The position numbers were made by a program, and so were the translations under genes. This document shows, piece after piece, positions 48,213 to 64,000 of a stretch of DNA of 64,000 nt (its first letter is position 1; each line of letters begins with the position of its first letter). Source of the stretch: the human T2T-CHM13v2.0 reference genome, Homo sapiens; the NCBI RefSeq assembly GCF_009914755.1, contig NC_060926.1; one strand, given 5' to 3'. The notes under the pieces were generated by a model, which was not told the DNA's origin, made no database searches, and saw only the letters and a program-made list of their open reading frames with translations.

Positions 48213-49403
48213 GAAACTCTTGTTAATGTCTCTTTTCTGCACAGCACCCACTCTGGTGCCTTCCTGCAGGTCATTTCTTACTGCTTATAATTCTGATAGA
48301 ATGTCTTTAAAAAAACCTTATCACCCTGAGTAAGCAAGTAAGGAATCTTGTTCAGAGAAAAAATGTTGCAAATAAACAATCACATTAATGCTATTTCATT
48401 TGCCATTAAATAGAAAAATATCACCCTGTATTCCACAGACTTGACATCACCAGAATAATATGTCACACTTCATTAGACTAGAACATCAAATGCAGAAAAC
48501 AAAATATTTGCTGTTCAGTAAGATTATCTGCTACTTGAACAAGGTTTGAGGAATTGTCAATATGATGTGTTTGAATCCAGGAAATTAAACCAAGAACGGT
48601 GACTGAAAAATATGTTAAAAATCCCACACATTTGTTTTGAAAGGACACAGCATCTTGTTATCACTTGTGATTTGACCGTTGGTTCCATCTCTATTACCTG
48701 TGTTGTTGCTTAGTGAACTGCTGCAAAGCAACCCATGAAGTATGTTATAAAAATTCAATTTACTAATACCAGAGAATCACCTTGGGGAAGAATGGGAGTT
48801 TTTGCTAAGTTCCCTGGGATCTAACAAGGCCATGCCATCTTTTTGTCTAAGGGACTTTATCTCTTAACGGATCAGAAAATTACAATATAGTATGGCATAA
48901 CAAACTATATCTATAGACAAACAGTAAATAGCCAAAATAATAGATAAATTACTATAGCCATTTTTCTAAATTAATGTGCTCATTTTCTATATTTGATTCT
49001 TTACTTGCTCTCAGGTAGGTACTTCATTGGCTCCTGGTGAGAGATTGATCAGATATTTGAATATTAAATAAACTATTGTGAGGGAAATTGCTTTACAACC
49101 CTGCTTTGTCCTTATTCTTCTGTGGAATTTCAGGCAAATCACTTAGCTGATTGATATTCTTATCTAAAAGAAACAAGTCAATTTGGATATATAGTTAGCA
49201 AGGGCCCTTGCCTATGTAGCTGAACAACAGATAATGGGCCTGAAGTAAACTGTAAGTCTGTCAAATACACACCTTTGTTCAGAATCACAATGTATGGGTA
49301 GGTTCATATTTTATTAAAGCTGTGCTGTTTTATTTGATTTCTCTTTCTAAAAGGAAGAATGTTAACTTTTAAAATAAAACAAAAGGCAGCGTAGAGATGC
49401 AGA

Positions 49404-49776
49404 CTATGTGGTTTGGCTGTGTCCCCACCTAAATCTCTTCTTGAATTGCAGTTTCCAAAATCCCCACGTGTTGTGGGAGGGACCAGGTGGCGATAATTGA
49501 ATCATGATAGCAGTTTTCCCCATCCTGTTCTTGTGATAGTGAGTTAGTTCTCACAAGATCTGATGGTTTTATAAGAGTCTTCCCCGTTTGCTGGGTACTC
49601 ATTCTTCTCTCCCCTGCCACTTTGTGAAGGACATGTTTGCTTCCCTTTCTGCCGTGATTGTAAGTTTCCTGAGGCCTGCCCAGCCCTGTGGAACTGTGAG
49701 TCAATTAAACCTCTTTCCTGTATAAATTACCCAGTCTCAGCATGTCCTTATAGCAGCGTGAGAATGGACTAATATA
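49404..49776 (+). mobile_element. MaLR solo LTR, THE1D-like
   Basis: tggtttggctgtgtccccacctaaatctc...tgtgagtcaattaaacctc...tagcagcgtgagaatggactaata. Confidence 0.9.
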
Positions 49777-51649
49777 CTAGGGTGTGGGCTTATGCAACAT
49801 ACTTAGTACAGTTCAATCTCATTACCTTACATTGATGGTGAGATTCTCAGTCACAACTACAGAAATAACTAAAGCAGGTGGTGATTTTTATATAACTGAA
49901 AAGTTTCTTCTTAGACTATAATTGCTAGAGGAGAAAAACGGAGAAGCATGAGAATCTTACATGTGTAATTACAAAGGAACATGAGAACAGGTCAATTTTC
50001 CTAGTAAGTCAGAAACCATATTTCTCCACAGCATTAAGAACTCTCTCCCTCTTGCACAAATGCACACATATATGTCCACTTGGTTTTTAGGCAATAGCCC
50101 AGCGGGATCAGGCTGGGCACAAAGTTGGACCCTCAGGAGAGTGGGTCTAGTTTCCCTTTCTTAAATGGAAAATGCTGTGAAACTAACATTGTAATTTCTC
50201 TCATAATCGGAAAGGAGAAATAATAGCTTTGGGATTCAGTTCTTTTATGAACTCTTTGGTCAACTATGTAGGTAGTGTGACTTGCAGTAAGGAAAATTTA
50301 GCCAGCTCTTGGATGAGCTAAGCTGGGCTTAGGACACTATATAATTAAGAGATGTTAGCAGAATGTTTCTACAGGAGGATGAGGGGAGCAATGGCTGGCC
50401 CTGACTTGGGACCAGCCCACATTCACCTTGGGAAAGTGAAGGGTATAATGGAGACAAAGCTAGTGGTGGAGAATAAATTATTTCAGAATGTTTGTTATCA
50501 AGAGAGTTTGAATCTTTGTGCCTTGTATGTGGATAAATAGGCAATGAGTAGAAAAGCACGGTGCTATGAATGTTTAATAACCAAATGATAGTTTCATGTC
50601 AAAGCTACTGATAAGTATTTGCAATTTTAACTTCATTTGATTGCAGCAGTAGGACAAGTGAAAACTGAAACAATAACTTTCAGGATTTAAAAGTTTAAAA
50701 ATTCAAGCTGCATAGTATTGTCTTAGAATGGAGCAGTGAGGACAAAGTCATTCTTGTAATGGCAAAAAAAAAAAGATGAGTCATGGAAAAATGGTTAATT
50801 AATGCTTAGATTCATAATTTGATGCTCAGCTGTGACAAAGATCACCAATATATTCTACAAGAAAATAGAATAACATATTTTTAGGAGGTATCCTGTACAT
50901 GAGGAAAAGCGTTCCATTTAATTTTGGGTTGTTTCTATAAAAATAAATATTGTGAATCAATATAGGATTGATGGTGCTGTTGAGAACATTTGGTATGTGA
51001 CTCATGCTTTAGAACAGCACTTTCCTATCAGGCAACTAGCCAGAGATCCTCCTACTGCTGGAAAATGTGTTTAATCAGAAGACAGGCTTTAATTAATTAG
51101 GATCATGCAGCTTGCTAACTGTCCATCTTTAATTTTCCAGGAGCCATTTCCTCATCATAAAGATGCAGTAGCCATAATTATTCCAATCATCCAAAAGAGA
51201 AGACTTTAAAGTACAGTAGTTAGCCATCAAAAAGAGAAGGCTAATATCCAGTTATGAGAGCATTTTCCCAAGGTAAATATTCCTTTTGTTCTGGATAGAT
51301 GTATTTTTGCCTATTTCTACCTTTGTTGGACTCCATTTTCTTGCCCTTGAATAGCTAAGTTCTCTCCTAACTGTTCTGAATTCAATAACTTTCTCTACTC
51401 CAGAAACCTTTCCAGCTATTTTTAAGCTCTAGCCAAATTGTCTACATTGCCTAAATAAGTAAAAAGATGGCACATGAAATAAAAATGCCCAGCAAAAAAT
51501 TTGGAGAAATCTCTCATGATATGTGGAATTTTAATAGATGTAAAGTAAAAAAAATTGATTGTCAAATATTTGGGCAATTATGAGCTAAATGAACAAAATT
51601 TTTGCTTTAGGATTTATCAGTGTGTTTGCTCTACTGATATATGTAGGCA

Positions 51650-52122
51650 CGTTTATGAAGCAGGTTCACTGTGCACTGGTTACCAACTTGTCTGAGTCTG
51701 GTGAGGCCCAATACCCACACACACAGCAAGCTGCATGAAGTGGGTTTATTAAGTATAGATGGGCAGCAAGAGACAAAAGAATTCCAGTATTCATTGCCAG
51801 CTAATCCCATAAGCCTCAGGAAAGCTACCTGGGGTAGATGGAGTTTTTACGGCATGTGCCCCACTTGCATCACAGCTGGTGGTCCCCAAAAAGCAGCCCA
51901 TCCTGGGTAACATGACATGCTGGGCTAAAGCATTGAAGGACATCCTGTTTCAGGGTTGGGGGTAGTGGGGAACTGGAACAGAGCCCAGACTGTTCCAGCC
52001 AATTTCCTCCTTATCTCAGGATTTTGCATTCGCAGCACATACTGCAGTTATTCTTGAGAACTACATGAGAAAAAGGGAAGAGAACTGGATTGGGTCCCAG
52101 CCACCTGGAAAGCTGTCCAGCA
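51650..52122 (-). mobile_element. ERVL-type solo LTR (LTR47-like)
   Basis: gaagcaggttcactgtgcactggttaccaacttgtctgagtc terminus; reversed poly(A) signal tttatt near 51746; ~470 bp. Confidence 0.55.
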
Positions 52123-52851
52123 TCATTGGCATTAGACTTCCTGGTCTTTCCACCTCCATGATATTTTCATGGGAAAAGGGAGTATGGGGGAAGGAGTTTC
52201 CTCATTTGAGTAACTAGTAATATTACCATTTTATTTCAAAACCGTCATAAGATCATACCTTCCCACCATGTCTCCTATTACAAAAAGTTTGAAAATGGCT
52301 TCATGATTCCCACTGTAAAGGAGAAAGAAAACCTGATTCCATATGACTCACAGCATACATTAAGCCTATGTTAGTCAAAATAAACTAGGCAAATGGGGGT
52401 GCCCAATCTCTAAGTTTTAGCCCCTCAGCCTTTACTTTTTAGATACTTTGATGATATAGATAGTCATAGCCCAATGGGCTAAGAATTGTTCATTAAATTT
52501 TAACATTTTTGGGGGATTATACAAGTAAATGAAAACAAAGTTGCTTATTTGACATTATTTTTTAACCTGGAGCATATAATATTTAACTATTGATTATTTG
52601 ATTGGTGCATACTGAAAACTATAATCCATATAAATATTTGGCTTTAATCCATGCTATCATCTCATTTGCTAAGCCTTAGCTTAAGCTACTATCATCTCTT
52701 TCCTGACAATTGTAATCATCTCCTGTTAGTCTCCTTGTTTATACCCAGGTCACATTACAGACTTCTTCACCCAGCAGCCAGGGGGATTAATTTAAAGCAC
52801 AAATGAATCCAGACCATGTTCTTTGCTGCTCTGAATCATCAAATGATGTCC

Positions 52852-53535
52852 TGTGGTATGCAGAATTCAAAGATGGCCCTCAGATTTCCACACCCTCATG
52901 TAAAACATCTTGTATAATTATTTGGAAGAATAACCTCTTGAACGTTAACGGGACTTGCAAATATGATGGGATTTCACTCAAGATTGTTACAGTATATCAC
53001 AAAATGGATTTTGTAAATGTAATTAAGGTCCCAATTCAAACCTTGCCTTCAGCTAATTAAAAGGGGCATTATCCTGAGCAGGCCTGAGCTAATCGAATGA
53101 GCCCTTCAGAGAGATCCAGGTCTTCCTGGAGGTCAGAGAGATTTGTTGTCAGCAAGATGTTCCCCTGGTGTCCTGGAAGAAAGCAGCCATGTTGATGGAA
53201 GGAGGGAAGGAGGGGACAGTTGGCAAAGATCTGAGAGTAGCCTCTAGGAGCTGTGAGTGATCCTTGGCTGACATCCAACAAAAAGATGGAGACCTCAGGC
53301 CTACAACCACAGGGAAATGAATTCTACCAATGACCTGAATAAGATGAAAGAGCACCCCAAGCCTCAGATGAGAGCATAGTCCCTGCCAACACCTGGCTTG
53401 TAGCCTGGCCAGACTCTGAACAGAGAGCCTTGCAATGCCGTGCTAGATTCCTGACCCATAGGAACTGTAAGTTAATTTATGTTGGTTTAAGCTTTTATGT
53501 TTGTAGTAATTTGTTATGTAGAAAAATAATATACT
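52852..53535 (+). mobile_element. MLT1E-like solo LTR
   Basis: tgtggtatgcagaattcaaagatggcccc...gacctcaggcctacaaccacagggaaatgaattctaccaa...gtaatttgttatgtag. Confidence 0.8.
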
Positions 53536-53989
53536 TCTATCTCTAACAGAAGAATATATGCATGGCTTTAGTAAGGATTTTGGATTTTATTCTGGGATCT
53601 GGCCTTCTCTTTGTCATCATCTTCTGTTCTGTCCATTGTTCACGCAGCTTTAGCCATACTGCTCTCACAGCTCTTAGAACACTGTGGTGTGCTCTTGCCT
53701 AAGGGCCTCTGTTCTTACTGTTTCCTATTCCTGAAGCCCCCTGCGCCAGGGCATCCACATGGCTTCCTATCACACATCATTCAGATTAGTGAGAATAAGC
53801 TAACTTGTCTAGTCAGGATAGGTGGGGGTTTTGTTGTGCCAATAAATAATCCCCAAATCTCAATGACTTAAAATAACAAAAGTTTGTTATTCCTTTTTCC
53901 TATATGTTTAGTATAGATCAACAAGATGGCTCTCCTTATCACAGGAACAAGGGTCCCAGGCTGATTGAGGCTTCCCATCTTGTAACGGA

Positions 53990-56560
53990 TTTTTAAAATT
54001 AATGTTAGCATAGTATATATTTCTCTATCCCTTTACTCTCCTGGATCCCATTACATTTAATCTATTTGTGTCTTTATATTGAAAGTGGATTTCTTATAGA
54101 CAACAAATAGTTTGGTTTTTCCTTTTTAAAATCTGACAGTTTCGGTCTTTTAATTGTTATATTTAGATCACTGACATTTAAAGCAATTATTGGTATAATT
54201 GAATTAATATCCACTATGTTTGTTACTATTGTCTATTTTTGACTTTGTTCTGTTTCTTTCCCTTTTTTATATTTGTCTTGTGTCTTCTTCTGCCTTCTCT
54301 GCTTTTAGTATATGATTTTCTCAGCATATCAATTTTATTATTTTTTAACTTTCTTTAGTAATTTTCCTTGAGTTTGCAGTATACAGTTATAACTAATACA
54401 AGTCCACTTTTAAATAACAGTGTGTCACTTCATGGGCAGTACAAGTACTTTATAGCAAAATATTCTCAAGTTCTGCCTCCCACTCTGTAATATTACTGCC
54501 ATTCATTTATCTATAAGCTATAATTACTAAATATATGGTAGATATTGTTTTAAACAAGCTTTTTTTGTTAAATTCAAAATAAAATATTTTATTGTACCTT
54601 TATTACTTCTCTAATGTGCTTCCTTTTTTATGTAGATCTGAGTTTCTGACATATTCTTTTCCTTCTTTCTGAAAAATTTCTGTTTTATATTCATTGGAAA
54701 GTAGGTCTACTGGTGAAAATTTTCCTCAATTTTTGTTTGTCTGAGAAAGTCCTCATTTCTCCTTCACTTTTGAATGATAGTTTGATAAAATACAGAATTC
54801 TAGAGTTTTTCTCCAACACTCCAGTCTCTTCTTGCTTAATGCCTATGTGGTTTCTGAAAATAAGTCCAATATGATTATTGCCCTTGATCCTCTACAGATA
54901 GGATGTTTTTCTCTTTGGCTTCTCTCAAGATTTTTTCTTTGTCTTTGATTTTCTGCAGTTTGAATATGATATGTGAATACACACACATACACACACACAC
55001 ACACACACAGATATAGGGGTGTGTGTGTGTGTGTGTGTGTGTATTCTCCTGCTTGGTATTCTCTGAGTTTTCTAGATCTTTGATTTTGTGCCTATCATTT
55101 GTTTAGGAAAACTCTTAGTCATTGTTACCTAGATTTTTTCTTCTGTTCTCTCTATTCTCTTTCTCATATTCCCATGATGCATATATGATACATTTTGTAA
55201 TAGTTTAACAATTCTTGGATATTCTGTTCCATCTTTTTCTACTCTTTTTTCTTTCTGTATTTTACTTTTAGAAGTTTCTTTTGACACTTTCTTCCTGCTC
55301 ATGATTCTTTCCTTGGACATATCCAGTCCATTGATGAGCTCATAAAAGACATTTTCATTTATTATAGTATTTTTGATCTCTAGCATTTACTTTACATTTT
55401 TTCTTAGAGTTCCCATCTCTCTGCTTTTATTATCCATATGTTCTTGCAGGTTGTACACTTTTTTCCCTTATAGCCCTCAGCATATAAATCAAAGTTTTAA
55501 ATTCCTAGTCTGATATTCCTACATCCCTGCCATGTCTGCATCTGTTCTGATGCTTGTTTGGTCTCTTCAAACTGTTTTAGCAAGCCTTGCGATTTTTTTT
55601 TTGTTGTAAGCTAGACATGATGTACTGACTAAAAGGCAGTGAGGTTAACTCACTTTTAGTGAAAGGTTTATCTAGTTAAGAGGTAGATTGTATTTACTGT
55701 TGGCTGTAACTGCAAGTGTCGGAGGCTCAAATTTCCTTTGTTCTCATTTTCTCTCCCCTGTTGCCTTTGCGTTTCCTTAGAAACTTCTAAAATAAGGTCA
55801 GAAGCATGCAGTTCTTTCCATTGTATTCCCCTGTGTTATATGGCAGCCCTATTGATATGATGGTAAGGTGTGTGGAGAGAGGAAGCATTCTCTAACTCTA
55901 TGCTTTGGTCTCAGTCCTTTAGTGAGCTCGTGCCTGTGCAAGTGCTTCCCAGTCTCCCTTCCTTTTAGTTGATGTGGGAAAGATAAAGGGGTCTGGGGTT
56001 GGGTATTTCCATTTTTCCAGGTCAGTTAGATTCTGGTAAAACCTTAGTCAGTTAGGCCCTGGTAAAATATGTTCTCTTGAGGGCATGCCTTGTTAATGAG
56101 AACAGAAGGCTCTGAGTATATTTCAAAATAGCTACTCTCTTCTTCCTATGCAGGAAGTACCAGAGGATTTTTCTTAGATATTCTCTGTGAAAACCTGGTG
56201 AGTCCTGTAGGTGAAATTCCCTGAAATGTGGAGTGCCCCTAAGATTGAGCTTCGCTGGAGTTTTTAACTCTAAAACTTGCTTACGTTGTGCCTCCAGCAA
56301 TTCCATCAATTACCATTTCGGTTTCCCTGCCCCAGTACTGGTTCCCATGGAGATTTCTACACCTTCTGTAAGTTGTGGTTCTCTGTGTCACCTATCGGTC
56401 TCTCTGGTTCTGGGGACAGGGATTTGCCCTGTGACCTCAGTTTTCTGAAGGATCTAAAAATAGTTGTTGATTTTTAGTTTGGTCAGCTTTCTTCTTGCCG
56501 AGTGGACAGGAGGAATGACTTTCAAGATCCTTTCCTGCTGGACTAGAAACCAGAAGTGGT
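53990..56560 (-). mobile_element. Old L1M fragment (ORF2 start, ORF1 and 5' region)
   Basis: gtggatttcttatagacaaca; gtctgagaaagtcctcatttctccttcacttttgaa; ORF1-like remnant at 55129-55386. Confidence 0.7.
54975..55046. repeat. (CA)n and (GT)n arranged as an inverted repeat
   Basis: GAATAC(AC)n agatataggg (GT)12 ATTC. Confidence 0.95.
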
Positions 56561-58415
56561 AATACCACTATGGGACTGAAAGCTTTGACACAGCATGGGG
56601 AAACACCTTAGAGAACTGCACACTGGCTCCTAAATTCCTCAGCCTGACAGCGATACATCATTTCTATTCATATTTCACTGGCCAAAGTAAGTCATATGGT
56701 CACATCCAATTTTTAAAGTGTGAGTAATCTAACCCTCCTGTGTTTGTTGAAAAAGAGAACCAGAAGTGCTGGGGAACATTATTAAAGTTGAGCAGAGGAC
56801 TCTATATAGGGTATTGCTAACTCAGTCTACCACTTTGCTTTCTTATCATATAATATTTTCTCCTGGCATTTGACAATACCACATTTTACGATAGGATATT
56901 ACAAAGAAACCCATTATGCTAGATACTCTGTTTGTTGCTTGTCTCCCCACTCCCATCTACACCAGTGTGAGCACCATAGGAACAGGAATTTTGTCTTTAT
57001 CCCCAAAATAATATCCCCACTTTAATCCCCTGAACACAGGATATTCCAGGCTCTGTACACATTGGGTGAATGACTTAGTGAATGTTTGTTTGTTTAAACC
57101 CTGAGAACTCTGAAAGATAAATTCTTGCTTGAATTCACTATAATAGCCAAATCAGGCACAGAAACTGTCTCTATGACCAGAATGAAGCTTATAGAACTTG
57201 GGAGGAGCCTTTGTCACACTGGCTGGGTGCATCCTTTGCTATCAGATAGCAAGGAGAGAATGAAAATGCCTCAGAAGTTCCTTAGGAATACGGTGCTATT
57301 TTAAGACCAAGGCATATACAGCCTGAGGAAAAACGAGATTGAAAATAAGCTTAAAGTTTTAAGTAATGCAGGCAAAAAGTGTCAATAACTTGAAAAATGG
57401 ACAATACTCAATTTAAAAATCTTCCCATCTCAGTTTTATGTTGATAACCAAGGATATGCAGCTTTCATTTCTCACTAAAAAGCAAAAAGCTAAATCATGT
57501 CTTGAATATGAAATGTGGATGTGGTGCTTGGAACATTCTCCTTCTCAAGGAACAGAACTGCCAGATCCTGGGGTGCTTGAAATGCATGCTTCCTGCAGGT
57601 TCAGTCTCACCCTCTTTGTGCTTCTTTATGCTTATTGTTCACTCTGAGCTTAATGAGTGCATTCAGGCATGTAATGAAGAACAACACTATCACACAAACA
57701 CTTTATTGAAGTCCAAAGATATGGTGGTTTTATCAGTTATATTATTCAGTAGGGTAAATTTGCAATTTATTTAAAAATACATCCATTGGGTGACATCTGG
57801 AACACTGGTGCATTGACACAATATTAGCAGCCATGCTATAAAAGAAAGTCTTAAATGGATGGCATTTTGTTACAGTGAGTGTACAGTTTTTGTCTCTCTA
57901 TTTACTAGAGGAAATAGATGAGAGCAACGCAATTGTGAATCACAGGTCCTTCTGGTGTGAAATTTATCCTAACTAAGCTTAAAACATTTGATAGCCAAAG
58001 GCATGAGCCTCCATGGCAAATAGTTCTCATTTTCACTTCTGTTAGCCTTTGTTAATGGAATGAATATATGACTAGAGGGCAGGTGAACCCTGCTAGCTAT
58101 CCAAGAGTAACTTGATCTAAGCAATTCACTCGTCTTATTTTTTTTTTAATCTTTCTTTTCCTTTTCTTCTTTGGTTAATTTTTATGTATTTATTTTTTTT
58201 ATTGCTTTTTTATTATACTTTAAGTTCTGGGATACATGGGCAGAACGTGCAGATTTGTTACATAGGTATGCATGTGCCGTGGTGGTTTGCTGCACCCATC
58301 AACCTGTCATCTACACTAGGTATTTCTCTTAATGCTATCCCTCCACTAGCCCCCTACCCTGCAACAGGCCCCAGTGTGTGATGTTCCCCTTGCTGTGTCC
58401 ATGTGCTCTCATTAT

Positions 58416-62592
<4,177 letters not shown>

Positions 62593-62659
62593 TATGATTC
62601 TAGCTGGTCATTTTGTCCATTAATTGATGCAGTTTCTACATAGTGTTGATGGTCTTTCT

Positions 62660-63348
62660 TTACAATTTGGTATGATTTTGCAGGTGCTGGTACCAGTTTT
62701 TCCTTTCTATATTTAGTGCTTCCTTCAGGAGCACTTGTAAGGCAGGCTTGATGGTGATAAAATCTGTCACCATTTGTTTGTTTGTAAAGGATTTCATTTC
62801 TCCTTCTGCTTATGAAGCTTAGTTTGGCTGGAGATGAAATTCTGGGTTGAAAATTCTTTTCTTTAAGAATGTTGAATATTGGCCCCCACTATCTTTTGGC
62901 TTGTAAGGTTTCTGCAGAAAGATCTGCTGTTAGTCTGAGGGACTCCCCTTTGGGGGTAACCTGACCTTTTTCTCTAGCTGCCCTTAAAACTTTTCCTTCA
63001 TTTCAACCTTGATGAATCTGACAACTTTTGTATGCTTCATGAAGTTCTTGTGCTATGTTTTTCGCTCCATCAGGTTATTTATGTTCTTCTCTAAACTGGT
63101 TATTCTAATTAGCAATTCCTCTAACCTGTTTTCAAGGTTCTTAGTTGCCTTGCACTGGGTTAGAACATGCTCCTTTAGCTCGGAGCAGTTTGTTATTACC
63201 CACCTTCTGAAGACTACTTCTGTCAGTTTATCAAACTCACTCTCCGTCCAGTTTTGTTCCCTTGCTGGTGAGGAGTTGTGATCCTTTTGAGGAGAAGAGG
63301 TTTCTGTTTTTTGGAATTTTTAGCCATTTTGCACTAGTTTTTCCTCAT
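62660..63348 (-). pseudogene. L1 ORF1 with a ~330-bp internal deletion
   Basis: Only 689 bp from ATG to stop; junction aatctgacaa|cttttgtatgc near 63024 skips sequence present in the other L1 (~19179-19513). Confidence 0.85.
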
Positions 63349-64000
63349 CTTCATGGATTTACCTACCTTTGGTCTTTGTTGTTGGTCACCTTTGGATGGG
63401 GTTTCTGTGGACATCCTTTTTGTTGATGTTAATGCTATTCCTTTCTCTTTGTTAGTTTTTCTTCTAACAGTCAGGCCCCTCTGCTGCAGGTCTGCTGGAG
63501 TTTGCTGGAAGTCCTCTCCAGACCCTGTTTGCATGGGTATCACCAGTGGAGGCTGCTGAACAGCAAAGATTGCTGCCTGTTTCTTCCTCTGAAAGCTTTG
63601 TCCCAGAGGGGCACCCACCAGATGCCAGCCAGAGCCATCCTATATGAGGTGTCTGCCAACCCCTGCTGGGAGATGTCTCCCAGTCAGGAGGAACAGGGGT
63701 CAGTGACCCACTTAAGGAGGCAGTCTATACTGGGAGAGCTAGGATGCTGTACTGGGAGAGCCGCTGCTCTCTTAGAGCCAGCAGGCAGGAACGTTTAAGT
63801 CTGCTGAAGCTGTGCCCACAGCTACCCCTCCCTGCAGGTGCTCCGTCCCAGGGCGATGGGAGTTTTATCTATAAGCCTCTAACTGGGGTTGCTGCCTTTC
63901 TTTTAGAGATGCCCTGCCCAGAGAGGAGGAATCTAGAGAAGCCTCTTTTTCCTTTTAATAAAATATTTTATGGAGTTTTCAGAGCATGCTCATATTCATC

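Larger units (their letters stand above)
52630..57085 (+). mobile_element. L2 element broken into pieces by MLT1 and L1M insertions
   Basis: L2 motifs at 52630-52850, 53540-53800 and 56800-57085 (ttgtctcccc...gtgagcaccatagg; tgaatg tail). Confidence 0.55.

Noticed and set aside
55325-55355. Hammerhead ribozyme core (ttgatgagctcataaaagac)
   Set aside because: Lacks CTGATGA, GAAA and the stems; lies within an L1M ORF1 remnant

Overview
Primate (almost certainly human or great-ape) non-coding genomic DNA, AT-rich, CpG-poor and dominated by interspersed repeats. I recognise no host protein-coding exon, RNA gene or CRISPR. The long ORFs in the track are broken LINE-1 ORF1/ORF2 pieces, and the rest are Alu- or LTR-derived or unrecognisable short frames. 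Main elements: a full-length, TSD-flanked L1PA5-like element (14700-20855, minus) that keeps the 129-bp ZNF93-site segment and a truncated ORF0; a twin-primed 5'-inverted L1PA4-like insertion (44954-46367); a near-full-length L1PA7-like element (58166-63942, minus) with a nested AluSc and an ORF1 deletion; nine near-complete Alus plus one collapsed Alu remnant; solo LTRs (MER4A1, MSTB, two THE1, MLT1, ERVL-type); Tigger3a, MER5, MER33; and old L1M, HAL1, L2, L3 and MIR fragments. The most unexplained signal is a ~156-nt apparently unique, CpG-retaining segment at 36699-36854 that can be drawn as five back-to-back hairpins closed by a terminal helix (candidate structured RNA or regulatory element). 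Several small repair or duplication scars that create hairpins are also visible. Repeat subfamily calls come from remembered consensus features, not a database search, and boundaries of old elements are approximate.
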